Below are positions 30,925-41,373 of a stretch of 64,000 nucleotides of DNA, piece by piece (the stretch's first letter is position 1; each line of letters opens with the position of its first letter). The position numbers and the translations under genes were made by a program. The stretch spans positions 480,001 through 544,000 of the forward strand of contig CAWGMQ010000007.1 in the NCBI GenBank assembly GCA_963823665.1, written 5' to 3'. The DNA comes from an uncultured Planctomycetota bacterium (lineage in GTDB: Bacteria; Planctomycetota; Planctomycetia; Isosphaerales; Isosphaeraceae). A model generated the notes under the pieces. The model did not search any database, was not told the origin of the DNA, and was given only the letters and a program-made list of their open reading frames with translations.

Positions 30925-32454
30925 ATGAGACAATCTCCCATCAAGCACAAGAGAGTGGTACGCCCAGCCTGCGTGTTGCTCGAATCCAGGGCCCTCTTGT
31001 CTGGTGGGCTCAGTCTCACGCCCAGCATCACGACCAATGCCGCGGTCTACCAGCCCGGCCAGCCGATCCAGATTCAGTTCACGGAAACGAACAACACGAG
31101 TCAACCGATCAAGTTCGTCTACGGCCCGAGCGCCGACGGTTTCGACTTCAGCGAAGGCGGTGCGGTCGTCTACAAGTCGAACGGCGGCATCAACCCGATG
31201 GTTCTCGTGCTCGACACGCTCCAGCCCGGCGAGTCCAAGACCTTCAATTTCACCTGGAACGGCGTTTCGGGTAATCCAATCGAAGGAACCACTCAAACCC
31301 TGACGCCGGGCACATTCATCGTCACCAACCAGCTCGACCCCAGCGTCTTGGCGACGTTCCAGATTGCCTCTCCGCTTTCTTATACTTTTACGCTTAATAA
31401 CCAGTCATACCAGGTCGGCCAGCCGATCGGGATCAACTTGACCGAAACGAATACCAGCAGCCAGCCTGTTACCGTCAACGTGAACCCAGCCGCATTCACG
31501 GTCACGAACGGCCTCGGTCAGACGCTCTGGCAGTACCAGGACAGCTCGGCCTCGCCAGCCACCCAAACGCTACAGCCCGGCCAGTCGATCACGCAAACCG
31601 CGACCTGGAATGACATCGCCAACGTGGGGCCCACCGCCGGCACCAATGTATGGGGCAATTTCACAGTGAGCAGCCCCAATGCGCCTGCCGGTCTTGCACC
31701 CACCGCCGGGATTAATGACCCGCTCTCGTTCAGCCTGAGCCCTCAAACCGGCTCCGTCGCCCCCGGCCAGCCGGTGGTGTTCAACTGGGTCGCGACAGAC
31801 ACGGCAGCCGTGCCCGTGACGATTCCTGAATCGACGGGCCAGCTCACCGTCACCAACTCAGTGACGGGCGTGCAAGTCTATAGCACCAGCGTCGCGGCCG
31901 CCGCGCCCACGATCACGCTGCAGCCCGGCCAATCCTGGACCCAGAACATCACCTGGCCCGGCAGCTCCACGGGTTCGGTGCCGGCGGCCATCTACGATGC
32001 GTACTTTGAAAACGGGCTCCAGGGCCTCGGCGCGCAAGTGGGAATCGGCGTCTCCAGCCCGAATCCGATCCCGATCTCGCCCCTGCCGATCTCGCCTGTT
32101 CCGCCATTTACGGGCATCGGCGCGAACGTTTCCACACAACAGGTCGGCAGCCGCGAGCTGTTCACCTTTACGCTAACGAACTACGAGAACCAGCCCGTGA
32201 GCATCATGGGCTCCTCGGGCGCCGCCAGATTCGTACTGAAGAAAAACGGCAAGGTGATCTGGCGTTCGACGGCAAAGGTGAAGCTCGCCACGCGCGCAGC
32301 CCAATCCCTCGCGCCCGGAGACGCCATCCAGCTCCACGCCAATTGGCCCGCCCCGGCCCGCCAGGCCAGCGTCAAGGGCGGCGGCAAGCCAGCTCTCTAC
32401 CAGTTGACCGCAACCTCCGGCGGCCACACCGCAACAACCGTATTCGAGCTTTAG
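30925..32454 (+). CDS. Secreted protein with repeated Ig-like (BsuPI-like) domains
   Basis: Planctomycete LESRALLS export motif; four YxxGQPI...TLxPGxS...W-type repeats. Confidence 0.8.
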   Translation: MRQSPIKHKRVVRPACVLLESRALLSGGLSLTPSITTNAAVYQPGQPIQIQFTETNNTSQPIKFVYGPSADGFDFSEGGAVVYKSNGGINPMVLVLDTLQPGESKTFNFTWNGVSGNPIEGTTQTLTPGTFIVTNQLDPSVLATFQIASPLSYTFTLNNQSYQVGQPIGINLTETNTSSQPVTVNVNPAAFTVTNGLGQTLWQYQDSSASPATQTLQPGQSITQTATWNDIANVGPTAGTNVWGNFTVSSPNAPAGLAPTAGINDPLSFSLSPQTGSVAPGQPVVFNWVATDTAAVPVTIPESTGQLTVTNSVTGVQVYSTSVAAAAPTITLQPGQSWTQNITWPGSSTGSVPAAIYDAYFENGLQGLGAQVGIGVSSPNPIPISPLPISPVPPFTGIGANVSTQQVGSRELFTFTLTNYENQPVSIMGSSGAARFVLKKNGKVIWRSTAKVKLATRAAQSLAPGDAIQLHANWPAPARQASVKGGGKPALYQLTATSGGHTATTVFEL

Positions 32455-32867
32455 CCCGCGGTTCCCAGTAGGTCAGGCTTCAGCCTGGGGTGCTTCGGGC
32501 ATCTGTTCAAGGCGACCCCTCCCGCCTCCTCCGGTCCGCCTCCGCGTTCATCTGCCTGCACATCTCATCCATTTCCTTCTGGTACCGCTCCATCCGCTCC
32601 TTCTGAGTTTGAACCCGAATCGGAGCCGCTGCAGTTTGACTACCGGCCCGCCGACTTGGGCCTCAGTTTCAGTCGCGCTCATGTCCACCTCCTGAGCTTC
32701 GCCGGCGAAAGGTAAGATTGCAGCCCGCCAACCTGAAGATCTCCAGACGCTATGACCGCCTCCATCGCGGAACTGACAGATGTCCTAGGATGATCGTAAC
32801 AAATACCGCTCGTCCCGCCAATGTGCGGCTCCGGCCCCCATTTCCAGTCGCACAGCCGCGCCCGGCC

Positions 32868-33722
32868 CTACTTCGGTCGTTCCTGCGACGGTTTCCTCTC
32901 GAGGGGCGGCCGCTCAAGTTTGAGTCCGCCGACAGTCACCCCGACGAGATCATTCGGATGAAACGGCTTGATTGCCGATCGGATCTGGGCGGCCGCCTCC
33001 TCAGCCTTGGATTCGTCGTCAAGCTGCACGACGATTTGCGTGAGCTGATACTCCTCGACCTCCTGCACACCTCCCCGCACGTTCACGATCCGTTCACCGA
33101 AACGTAGCCTGCAAGTATTGAGAGGGATATACACGTCCATATCCGATGCCGTCACGGCAGGCCGTTCTCCGTCGCCGGTCTTGCCCCCGCTTGGTTTGGT
33201 CACGCCCACGACCGTGTAATAATCGGTGCCGCACTTCACTGTCTCACCGAGCGGGTTTTGGTCCGGGAAGAGTGCTTGAGCCGCGCCTGCGCCCAGGACG
33301 GCATGGTTCTCATACTTTGCGTCGTCATCCGCAGTCAAGAATCTTCCGCGGTCGAGCTCGAGTCGTGCGAACGCGGCATACTCGTGCGTCGTCCCGACAA
33401 GATAGCCGTCCAGGGACTTGTCTTGGTGACGAATCTGCTTGGGCAACTCGCGAATCGGCAGTACCCGCTTGATCGCCGGAACGGCCGAGACCAGGCGATC
33501 AAAGTCGCCGTATTTCAGTCCGTAACGGACAACTCGACCGGGCTGGTTGCCATCCACGCTCGGCCTCTTCGACCAGACGGCAACGCAGCTTGATGGCCGC
33601 GGCGGCTTCTCACGCGTCGCCGAGGCCGCGCCGCCATCCTGTGCGGTTCCTGTGCTGACACCGCCGCCGACACTCGGGAAAATCACGAGCGCAGAAACGA
33701 GCAATGCGAATTTCCGTGTCAT
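32868..33722 (-). CDS. MacB-like ABC permease periplasmic domain protein, lacking the FtsX TM domain
   Basis: GRFLT, AVLG..AAQALF...NPLGE, YTVVGV and VYIPL motifs. Confidence 0.8.
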   Translation of the reverse strand: MTRKFALLVSALVIFPSVGGGVSTGTAQDGGAASATREKPPRPSSCVAVWSKRPSVDGNQPGRVVRYGLKYGDFDRLVSAVPAIKRVLPIRELPKQIRHQDKSLDGYLVGTTHEYAAFARLELDRGRFLTADDDAKYENHAVLGAGAAQALFPDQNPLGETVKCGTDYYTVVGVTKPSGGKTGDGERPAVTASDMDVYIPLNTCRLRFGERIVNVRGGVQEVEEYQLTQIVVQLDDESKAEEAAAQIRSAIKPFHPNDLVGVTVGGLKLERPPLERKPSQERPK

Positions 33723-33939
33723 CGGTTGGGCTCTTCGCGAGTCGGATTCGATCTTACCACATCCCGACGTGGAAGTGGCCGAAGACGCGCTCGCCAGGCC
33801 AGTGCCAAACCGATTGCCGCGGGACGTCCGCTACGCCACGCTGTTCGACCAGTCAACACTCCACTCCTGAAGCTGTGTGACGATGCGCACCACTATCCGG
33901 TAGAATGCACTGGTTCGCCTGATCTAGAGGAACACGACC

Positions 33940-34422
33940 ATGAAGAACGACGCCTCATTGCGCCAGCACGTCCTCGAGCTGCTCAAGGGCGGTCACGCCC
34001 ACCTCGATTTCGACAAGGCGATCGCCGGCTTACCTGTCAAGCTTCGAGGCAAAAAGCCCCCCGGCCTGCCTCACACGCCCTGGCGACTGCTCGAGCACAT
34101 GCGAATCGCCCAGTGGGATATTCTCCGCTACAGCGTCGACCCCAAGCACGTCTCCCCAGAGTTTCCCGCCGGCTACTGGCCAACGGGCGATGCACCACCC
34201 GACTCGGCGGCTTGGGACCAATCCGTCGCGGCCTTCCGCGCCGACCTGCAAGCGATGATGGACCTGGTTTCCAACCCCGCGACCGACCTGTTCAAACCGA
34301 TCGGCCAGGACCAGAACCACACGATCCTCCGCGAGGCCCTCCTCATTGCCGATCACAACGCCTACCACCTGGGCCAGCTCGTCACCGTCCGCCGTCTCCT
34401 CGGCGCCTGGCATGATGAGTAG
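33940..34422 (+). CDS. DinB family protein
   Basis: [18 protein letters not shown] and DHNAYHLGQ motifs. Confidence 0.9.
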   Translation: MKNDASLRQHVLELLKGGHAHLDFDKAIAGLPVKLRGKKPPGLPHTPWRLLEHMRIAQWDILRYSVDPKHVSPEFPAGYWPTGDAPPDSAAWDQSVAAFRADLQAMMDLVSNPATDLFKPIGQDQNHTILREALLIADHNAYHLGQLVTVRRLLGAWHDE

Positions 34423-34513
34423 GATCCGCCCCGACCGTCTTCACGACCTGTCCACACTTTGCTTTTACACCCGCTCTCTGTTGTTATGGATGGATACGGG
34501 AGGAAAGACCCCA

Positions 34514-35137
34514 ATGACGAATCCGCAAGCCGAAGACCCCCTCGGCAAGGTCGTCCTTGCCTCGCAGATGATCATCGGCGCGCTGATCACCGGCCCAATC
34601 CCCGTGCTGATCATCGCGTTCTTCATCGGGCCCGTACTCGGACAGCCGCCCCCTGGCGCAGTGCCACCCGGCGGTGCCGCCGCCGCGGGCCAGGCGTCGA
34701 ACGAGCCGCTCAACACGATCCTCTCCTATGCGGCGTTCGGCGCAGGCACGCTGGCATTACTCGTCTCGGCCATCGTGCCGCGATTCACGTCCTCGAGCGT
34801 AAGCAAGTCCGTCGCCCCGACCGCGCCCGCAGCGCAGCCCGGGAAGAGCGCCGGCAAAGGCAAGCGACCCGGGCCTCAAACAGCCGACGAGCTGCGGACC
34901 AAGCTGCTCCCGCAGTTTCAACAGCAGCTCATCGTCCGCGCCGCCATCCTCGAGGGCGCGGCCTTCTTCGGAGCGACTGCATACCTCCTGACGGGAAACC
35001 CGGTGCCCGCCTGCGTCACCGTCGCGCTCCTGGTCACAATGCTCGTCGATTTTCCCACCAGGACCCGCGTTGACTCCTGGCTCCAGCGGCAACAAGAAAA
35101 ACTCCGGGACGACGAATTCGCCCACTCGCCGGTTTGA
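34514..35137 (+). CDS. Membrane protein
   Basis: Four TM segments; AILEGAAFF and FPTR motifs. Confidence 0.75.
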   Translation: MTNPQAEDPLGKVVLASQMIIGALITGPIPVLIIAFFIGPVLGQPPPGAVPPGGAAAAGQASNEPLNTILSYAAFGAGTLALLVSAIVPRFTSSSVSKSVAPTAPAAQPGKSAGKGKRPGPQTADELRTKLLPQFQQQLIVRAAILEGAAFFGATAYLLTGNPVPACVTVALLVTMLVDFPTRTRVDSWLQRQQEKLRDDEFAHSPV

Positions 35138-35157
35138 TCGATTGGGAGGAAGATCAG

Positions 35158-38005
35158 TTGAAATGGTTTCTCGCACTCGCGCTCGTGAGCTTGCCGCACT
35201 TCTGCCCGGCGCTCGGCCACGCGCAGACAGGCTCGCCGCTGCCCGCCGCTGGCGGAGACGCCAAGAAGGCGACGGCGATCCTTACGAGGCAGTGTCTCAA
35301 GTGCCACGGCCCCGATCATCCCAAGGGCGGCCTCGACCTGAGCCGCCGCGCCGCCGCGCTCAAGGGTGGAAAAAGCGGCGTCGTGCTGGTGCCGGGCTCG
35401 CTGGACGAGAGTCTGCTCCTGGACAAGATCGCCGGCGGCGAGATGCCCCCGAATAATCCGCTCCCACCAGACCAGATCGAGACCCTGCGCACCTGGGTTC
35501 AATCTGGAGCACACTACGCCAGCGAGCCCCTCTCGCTCCCCCGCGCCGGGCCTGATTGGTGGTCGCTCCGGCCGATCCGAAAAGTGGTGGTTCCATCGCC
35601 ACGAAGAGCAGGCTCAGTCTGGGCCAAGAATCCCATCGACGCATTCATTCTTGCGAAGCTCGCCGCAAGCGGCCTCTCCCCCGCTCCCGAAGCTCCGCGC
35701 GCCGCTCTCATCCGCCGCCTCTCTTTCGACCTGACCAGTCTGCCGCCTTCGCCCGAAGCAGTCGACCAGTTCGTTGCCGACCCCGATCCCCGCGCTTATG
35801 AGTTGCTCGTCGACCGGCTGCTGGCGTCCCCGCATTACGGCGAGCGCTGGGGCCGCCACTGGCTCGACGTCGTCCGCTTCGGCGAGAGCGAAGGCTACGA
35901 AACCAACCTGCCGCGGCCGAATGCCTGGCCGTATCCGTGACTACGTCATCCGCGCCTTCAACCGCGACACGCCGTTTCCGCAGTTCGTGCTCGAGCAGCT
36001 CGCGGGCGATACGCTCGATGATGGTCATCCAGGACACGCCGTCGACTGGCTCACCCAGTCGGCCACCGGCTTCTTAGTCGGCGGATCGCACGACGTCGTC
36101 GGCAACCAGACCGTCGAAGGGATGCTCCAGCAGCGTGCCGACGATCTCGACGATATGATCACAGCCACCGGCACCACGTTTCTGGGCCTGACACTTCAAT
36201 GTGCCCGCTGCCACGACCACAAGTTCGATCCGATCACTCAAAAAGATTATTATGGAATGCAAACGATCCTGGCCGGAGTGACCCATGCCGAGCGCGCGAT
36301 CGCAGCGCCCGACGCCGACGCTCGCTTGCGTCAGGCAGGCATCGTTCGAGCCGAGCTCACCGCGATCGAAGCGGGGCTCGATGCCACGGAGCCCCTCGCG
36401 CATCCTGGCCAGGATCGCCCGGCGCGTCCGATGGTCAACTTCCGGCGCAACGTCGAGCGATTCGCACCCGTGAAAGCCCGGATGGTGCGGCTGACGATTC
36501 TGGCCACCAGCAACCAGATCGAGCCGTGCCTCGACGAAGTGGAGGTTTACTCGGCTCCGGGCAACGGAACTCATTCGCCGCGAAACGTCGCCCTGGCAAC
36601 TGCCGGCGGCCGGGCATCAGCCTCGTCGGAATATCCCAATGCCGCGATCCACAAGATCGCTCATCTCAATGACGGACGCACCGGCAACAGCCAGAGCTGG
36701 ATCTCCAATTCCTCGGGGAAGGGGAGTGTGACGCTGGTCTGGCCTGAGCCGGTCACCATCGATCGCATCGTCTGGGGCCGCGATCGCGAAGGAATGTTCA
36801 GCGACCGCCTTGCGACCGAATACTACGTCGAGGCCGCCGTCGAGGCGGATCACTGGGCGGTCGTTGCCTCGTCGATCGATCGCGTGCCGTTCGATCCCAG
36901 GGCAAAGCCCGAGCCCGCCGCGCCCTCGCAGGTTGCAAGCGGCGATCAGCTTGAGCGCGCCCGCCTGGTGCGTCGCCAGGCCGAGTTGCGCACGCTGCTC
37001 GCCGACCTGGGCGCGACGGCGAAAGTCTACGCCGGAACGTTCAGCCAGCCCGGCAAAGGCTATTTGCTGGTTCGCGGCGATCCCACGCGAAAAGGGCCGG
37101 AAGTGCAGCCTGCGGGGCTCGCCGTGCTCAGGCCCGCACTCGTGCTCGACAAGGAATCGCCGGAGGCGTCCCGGCGAGCAGCGCTCGCACGCTGGATCGC
37201 CGATCCGGTCAATCCCCTCCCCGCGCGAGTGATGGTCAATCGGTTGTGGCATTACCATTTCGGCCGGGGACTCGTGGCCACGCCCAGCGACTTCGGCTTC
37301 AACGGCGCGCCCCCCTCGCACCCCGAGCTGCTCGACTGGCTGGCAAGCGCTTATGTCGAAGGCGGCTGGCGGCTCAAGCCCTTGCATCGGCTGATCGTCA
37401 CCTCGGCGACGTATCGCCAGTCAAGCCGGCTCAATGAAAAAGCGCAAGCCATCGATCGCGACAACCGGCTGCTCTGGCGGATGACCCCACGCCGCCTCGA
37501 GGCCGAGCCGATTCGAGACGCGATCTTGGCGTCGAGCGGCAAGCTCGACTCGCGAATGGGCGGGCCCGGATACAACGTCTGGGAAAAAAACACGAATTAC
37601 GTCGCGATCTATAAACCACGAGCCGAGCTGAGCGGCGACGCATTTCGCCGCATGGTCTACCAGTTCAAGCCCCGCAGCCAGGGCGACCCGACATTCGCCG
37701 CCTTCGACTGCCCCGACGCCGCGCTCGCCGTCCCCAGGCGCAACGTCTCGACCACCGCACTCCAGGCTCTGAACCTGCTCAACAGCGAGTTCGTTATCCG
37801 CCAGGCCGCGTTTTTCGCCGAGCGCCTGGAGAAAGAAGTAGGGTCCGATCCCGCCCCGCAGGCGAAGCTCGCTTTTCGCCTGGCGTTCGGCCGCAGTCCA
37901 ACGCAGCCCGAGCTCACCGCCGCCGTGTCGCTGATCAAATCGCATGGAGCGACAGCCCTCTGCCGGGCGCTGTACAATGCGAATGAGTTCATTTACGTTC
38001 CCTGA
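35158..38005 (+). CDS. Planctomycete cytochrome C / DUF1549 / DUF1553 (PSD1) protein, frameshift near 35936
   Basis: CLKCH, NPIDAF, YGERWGRHWLD, NAWPY/RDYVI split across frames, CARCHDHKFDP, ARVMVNRLW, PSHPELLDWLA, NEFIY. Confidence 0.92.
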
Positions 38006-38017
38006 GCAGGATCTCGA

Positions 38018-38470
38018 ATGAGATCGAGGCGTCTGATGGAAACGAACACCATGGGGATCACTCTTGTCACCGCGTTAATCGAGAATCAAGAGGATATCAA
38101 GGCCGCCCAACTTGGCATAATTCCGGAAACGAGTATCCGGCGTTTCGAAGTTGATGACGCTCGAGTTGATACGGGCGCGACGTTCGTCGCCATGCCCAAG
38201 CGACTGATCGACCAATTGGGCCTCAAGAAGATCAAGACGGTCGAGGCCAAGACCGTGTCCGGACTCATGAAGTTTGGCATCTACGACCAGGTCAAACTCA
38301 CGATTCAAGGTCGCGACTGCGAAGTGCGAGTGTCGGAAGTTGCCGACAACCGTCCGGTCTTGATCGGGTACATCCCACTCGAGCTGCTCGATTTCGTTGT
38401 CGCCCCCAGGGAGCAGAAACTGATCGGCAATCCCGATCACGGGGGCCAATACATGATCGACATGTACTGA
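38018..38470 (+). CDS. Clan AA aspartic protease (retropepsin-like)
   Basis: VDTGAT catalytic motif; VLIGYIPLELLDFVV psi-loop. Confidence 0.9.
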   Translation: MRSRRLMETNTMGITLVTALIENQEDIKAAQLGIIPETSIRRFEVDDARVDTGATFVAMPKRLIDQLGLKKIKTVEAKTVSGLMKFGIYDQVKLTIQGRDCEVRVSEVADNRPVLIGYIPLELLDFVVAPREQKLIGNPDHGGQYMIDMY

Positions 38471-38527
38471 AATACGCCAGCTCTGGTAGAACTGGCACGC
38501 CCGCCGGACGCTTCCACCTGCTACGAG

Positions 38528-38782
38528 GTGCAATCCATGGAGTCAGCGAGTGTGGGAAGAGTGCTCGTTTCGGCGAAGATCGAGAACGTAATCTATGGGC
38601 CGGTCCGTTTGACGATCGCCGGACGGCAATGTTCGGTCGACGTCTCGGAAGTGGCGGACACCTGCCCGGTGATCATCGGCTACGTCCCGCTCGAGCTTCT
38701 GGACTTTGTGGTTGATCCTAAGGGCCAGCGACTGATCGGAAATCCCGATCACGGCGGCGAGTTCATGTTCGACATGTATTGA
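38528..38782 (+). pseudogene. Second aspartic protease copy with an in-frame internal deletion removing DTG
   Basis: GRVLVSAKIEN joined directly to YGPVRLTI...IGYVPLELLDFVV...GNPDHGG. Confidence 0.8.
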
Positions 38783-38803
38783 AGAACACTGGCGGTTGCC
38801 GGC

Positions 38804-38854
38804 ATGCTCGGAAATCCCGAGCACGGTGGCGATCCGATGCTCGATATGTTCTAA
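38804..38854 (+). pseudogene. Third aspartic protease remnant, C-terminal 16 codons only
   Basis: MLGNPEHGGDPMLDMF* versus LIGNPDHGGQYMIDMY* and LIGNPDHGGEFMFDMY*. Confidence 0.75.
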
Positions 38855-38863
38855 ATGAGAGGC

Positions 38864-39034
38864 AGTGGTGGCGGCGCTCCAAGCATGTGGAGAGGCCGTC
38901 TCTGGCGGTCTTCTCGACGCTCCGGGGTTACCCCGGGGGCGAAAGTTAGCGGTTCATTTCAGCGCGTGATGCTGGGTGCGCTCGTCGCGCACGACCCATC
39001 ACGCTGGACAAGACCGGTTGGAGCCGCCACCACT
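38864..39034 (+). ncRNA. Retron msr-msd-like non-coding RNA
   Basis: Terminal inverted repeat AGTGGTGGCGGCGCTCCAA (38864-82) / TTGGAGCCGCCACCACT (39018-34); G at 38883; short hairpins 38890-38915 and 38918-38941; long hairpin 38958-39008; directly upstream of the RT. Confidence 0.8.
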
Positions 39035-39060
39035 TCACCCCAACGCGGCGACGCCGCAAT

Positions 39061-39112
39061 GTTGGGCGCGGGTCTCCGACCCCGCCCCCTTCCGTGACCG
39101 CAGGTCTCCGAG
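39061..39112. repeat. REP-like repeat, same family as 7664-7925
   Basis: GTTGGGCGCGGGTCTCCGACCCCGCCCC...GACCGCAGGTCTCCGAG. Confidence 0.8.
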
Positions 39113-39127
39113 ACGCGCGCACAGCGC

Positions 39128-40498
39128 ATGGATACAGCAGACGAAGACCCTATGAAGGTAAAAACGTCTCGCGACTCGCTGATGGAATACCTGGCGCAGG
39201 CGTTCCTCGCCGGTCCCTTGTCGGTCGACGGCCTGGTTGAACGCGCTGGCTTGGTTCTGGGCCGTCGCTACCGTTGGCTGCCACCGCTCGCCGCGAGAAT
39301 TCAAGCTCACTTCGCCGGCAAAGAGCGAATCCCTCAATCGCAGCTCGTCGCCTTCCTGCGTGACGACAAAGGATTTCGGCGAGCGTGCGAAACGCGAAAT
39401 CTGAAGGTGCGTTTTGTGCACTGGTCTGATCCAGTGATGGCTCCGGCCCCGGGCTTGCCGCGTTCCTGGAAAGTCCCCGCCATCACCACCCCCGCCGAGC
39501 TGGCCGGCTTCCTCAACATCACGCCGAACGAGCTCGACTGGTTCGCAGACATCCAGGGTCGCGAGCGCATCTGCCGGGTCGAGCCGATGCGTCACTACCG
39601 GTATCGCTGGGTGGCCAAGCGCTCGGGCTCGTTCCGCCTGATCGAAGCACCCAAGCCGCGGTTGAAGGGATTCCAGCGCGTCGTGCTCGACGCGATCCTG
39701 GCGCACATTCCTCCGCACGAAAGCGCACACGGCTTTCGCCCCGGCCGCTCGATCAATTCGTTCGTCGCGCCTCATGTGGCCCGCCCGGTCGTGCTCAAGA
39801 TGGACCTCCGTGATTTCTTCGTGTCGATCACCAGCGCGCGGGTGACCGCGATTTTCCTGACCGCCGGATATCCCGAGCCCGTCGCCCGGCTCCTGGCGGG
39901 GCTATGCACCAACACCGTCCCGGCGGAGGTGTTGAACCAGGTTGGACGCCCGGATCCGAATTCGGTCCGGTCGACGATGTCATGGCAAGACCAGCGTCCC
40001 TACTGCCTTCCGCACCTGCCCCAGGGGTCGCCCACTTCGCCGGCTCTGGCCAACCTCGCTGCCTACCGCTTCGACACGCGGCTGGCTGCTCTTTCGGAAG
40101 CTGCGGGCGCCGACTACACCCGTTACGCCGACGACTTGTTGTTCTCAGGCGATTCATCCTTCGCCCGCTCGGTTCGCCGATTCACGGTTCAAGTCGCCGC
40201 GATCGCCCTCGAGGAGGGCTTTGCCATCGCTCACCGCAAGACACGCGTGATGCGACAAGGCGTCTGCCAGCGCGCCGCCGGAATCGTGATCAATCAGAAA
40301 ATCAACATGCCGCGCGATGACTACGACCGGCTGAAGGCCATATTGAACAACTGCATCAAGCACGGCCCAGCCGGGCAGAACCGAACTGCCGTCGCCGACT
40401 TCCGGGCCCACCTGTCGGGCCGTGTCGCGCATGCAATCCGGCTCAACCCACACCGGGGTGAGAAGCTGAGGGGGCTCCTCAGACAGATCGAATGGTGA
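39128..40498 (+). CDS. Retron-type reverse transcriptase with N-terminal extension
   Basis: KRSGSFRLIEAP, AHGFRPGRSI...H, KMDLRDFF, LPQGSPTSPALAN, YTRYADDLLFSG, and QRAAGIVIN at the VTG position. Confidence 0.92.
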   Translation: MDTADEDPMKVKTSRDSLMEYLAQAFLAGPLSVDGLVERAGLVLGRRYRWLPPLAARIQAHFAGKERIPQSQLVAFLRDDKGFRRACETRNLKVRFVHWSDPVMAPAPGLPRSWKVPAITTPAELAGFLNITPNELDWFADIQGRERICRVEPMRHYRYRWVAKRSGSFRLIEAPKPRLKGFQRVVLDAILAHIPPHESAHGFRPGRSINSFVAPHVARPVVLKMDLRDFFVSITSARVTAIFLTAGYPEPVARLLAGLCTNTVPAEVLNQVGRPDPNSVRSTMSWQDQRPYCLPHLPQGSPTSPALANLAAYRFDTRLAALSEAAGADYTRYADDLLFSGDSSFARSVRRFTVQVAAIALEEGFAIAHRKTRVMRQGVCQRAAGIVINQKINMPRDDYDRLKAILNNCIKHGPAGQNRTAVADFRAHLSGRVAHAIRLNPHRGEKLRGLLRQIEW

Positions 40499-40589
40499 GT
40501 CGCTCGCGGTGAAGCCTCCATCGCCGAACCTTGATTGCAACCGTAAACGGTAGTAAGATTAGAGACGCAATTCGATTCCGGGGCCTGGG

Positions 40590-40916
40590 ATGAGACTGCA
40601 TCATTCGTTCGAGTGGGACGAGGACAAGGCGGTCAAGAACCGGAAGAAACACAATGTGTCTTTCGACGATGCTGCACGAGTGCTCGCGGATAACGAGGGA
40701 GGCTTCTATCACATAGAAGAGTTCGACGATCTCCACAACGACGATGAGGACCGGTACATCACAACCGCGGCCCACCCGGACGACCGACTGATCGTTCTTC
40801 GCATCACATGGACCGACCGGTCCACTCGCTCTCAACCGATCACTCGAATTATCAGTGCCCGACTCGCGACGAGACTCGAGAGGAAGAATTATGCGCAAGA
40901 AATCAAAAACAAGTAG
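40590..40916 (+). CDS. BrnT family (DUF497) toxin
   Basis: FEWDEDKAVKNRKKHNVSF, EDRY and [16 protein letters not shown] motifs. Confidence 0.9.
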   Translation: MRLHHSFEWDEDKAVKNRKKHNVSFDDAARVLADNEGGFYHIEEFDDLHNDDEDRYITTAAHPDDRLIVLRITWTDRSTRSQPITRIISARLATRLERKNYAQEIKNK

Positions 40917-41373
40917 GGTCATCAAAAAGAACGCCGCCGATATATCACCAGCGACAAACGAAGATCTCGTTCGCCTTCGCAACGCGATGGTTGGACAAAT
41001 CGACACATCAGAAATCGCCGAGCGCAGGCGAACACCCGATCGGCTCCTGCGCGATTCAACAGGCCGACTCCCGTCTCGAAGGAGCATTGTGCGAGACGCG
41101 ATCGTGCGTGAGCTCAAGCATCTCAAGATGACGCCCTACCGCCTGTGGAAGGAGGCCAGGGTGCATTGCCCCACCCTTTCCCAGTCCGCAGTTCACGAGT
41201 TCATTAAGGGTCAAAGGCAACTCGAGCTTCCTTACGCAGAAGCCCTCATGATGGCGACGCACCTCGGAATCGTTCGCAAGCAAGCTGGTGGTGGGCTGAA
41301 AAAGGTGAGATTACGTCGCACTGCTCTTGCGAACGTGCAGTCAAAAGCCGGTCTGACCCGTCGCGAAGATTAA
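40891..41373 (+). CDS. Putative antitoxin with BrnA-like N-terminus and XRE-type HTH
   Basis: Overlaps brnT; IDTSEIAE resembles the BrnA IDxSDIPE motif; [10 protein letters not shown]...[15 protein letters not shown]. Confidence 0.7.
   Translation: MRKKSKTSRVIKKNAADISPATNEDLVRLRNAMVGQIDTSEIAERRRTPDRLLRDSTGRLPSRRSIVRDAIVRELKHLKMTPYRLWKEARVHCPTLSQSAVHEFIKGQRQLELPYAEALMMATHLGIVRKQAGGGLKKVRLRRTALANVQSKAGLTRRED

Noticed and set aside
38420..40498. Diversity-generating retroelement, with 38804-38854 as template repeat for the protease C-termini
   Set aside because: Differences between the three tails are not adenine-specific. The RT has the retron-type PQGSPTSP rather than the DGR IGNLTSQ motif, and no Avd-like gene is present.
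39128..40498. Group II intron or CRISPR-associated RT
   Set aside because: No recognisable maturase/HNH domain, intron domain V or cas1 nearby; the motifs and upstream RNA fit a retron.
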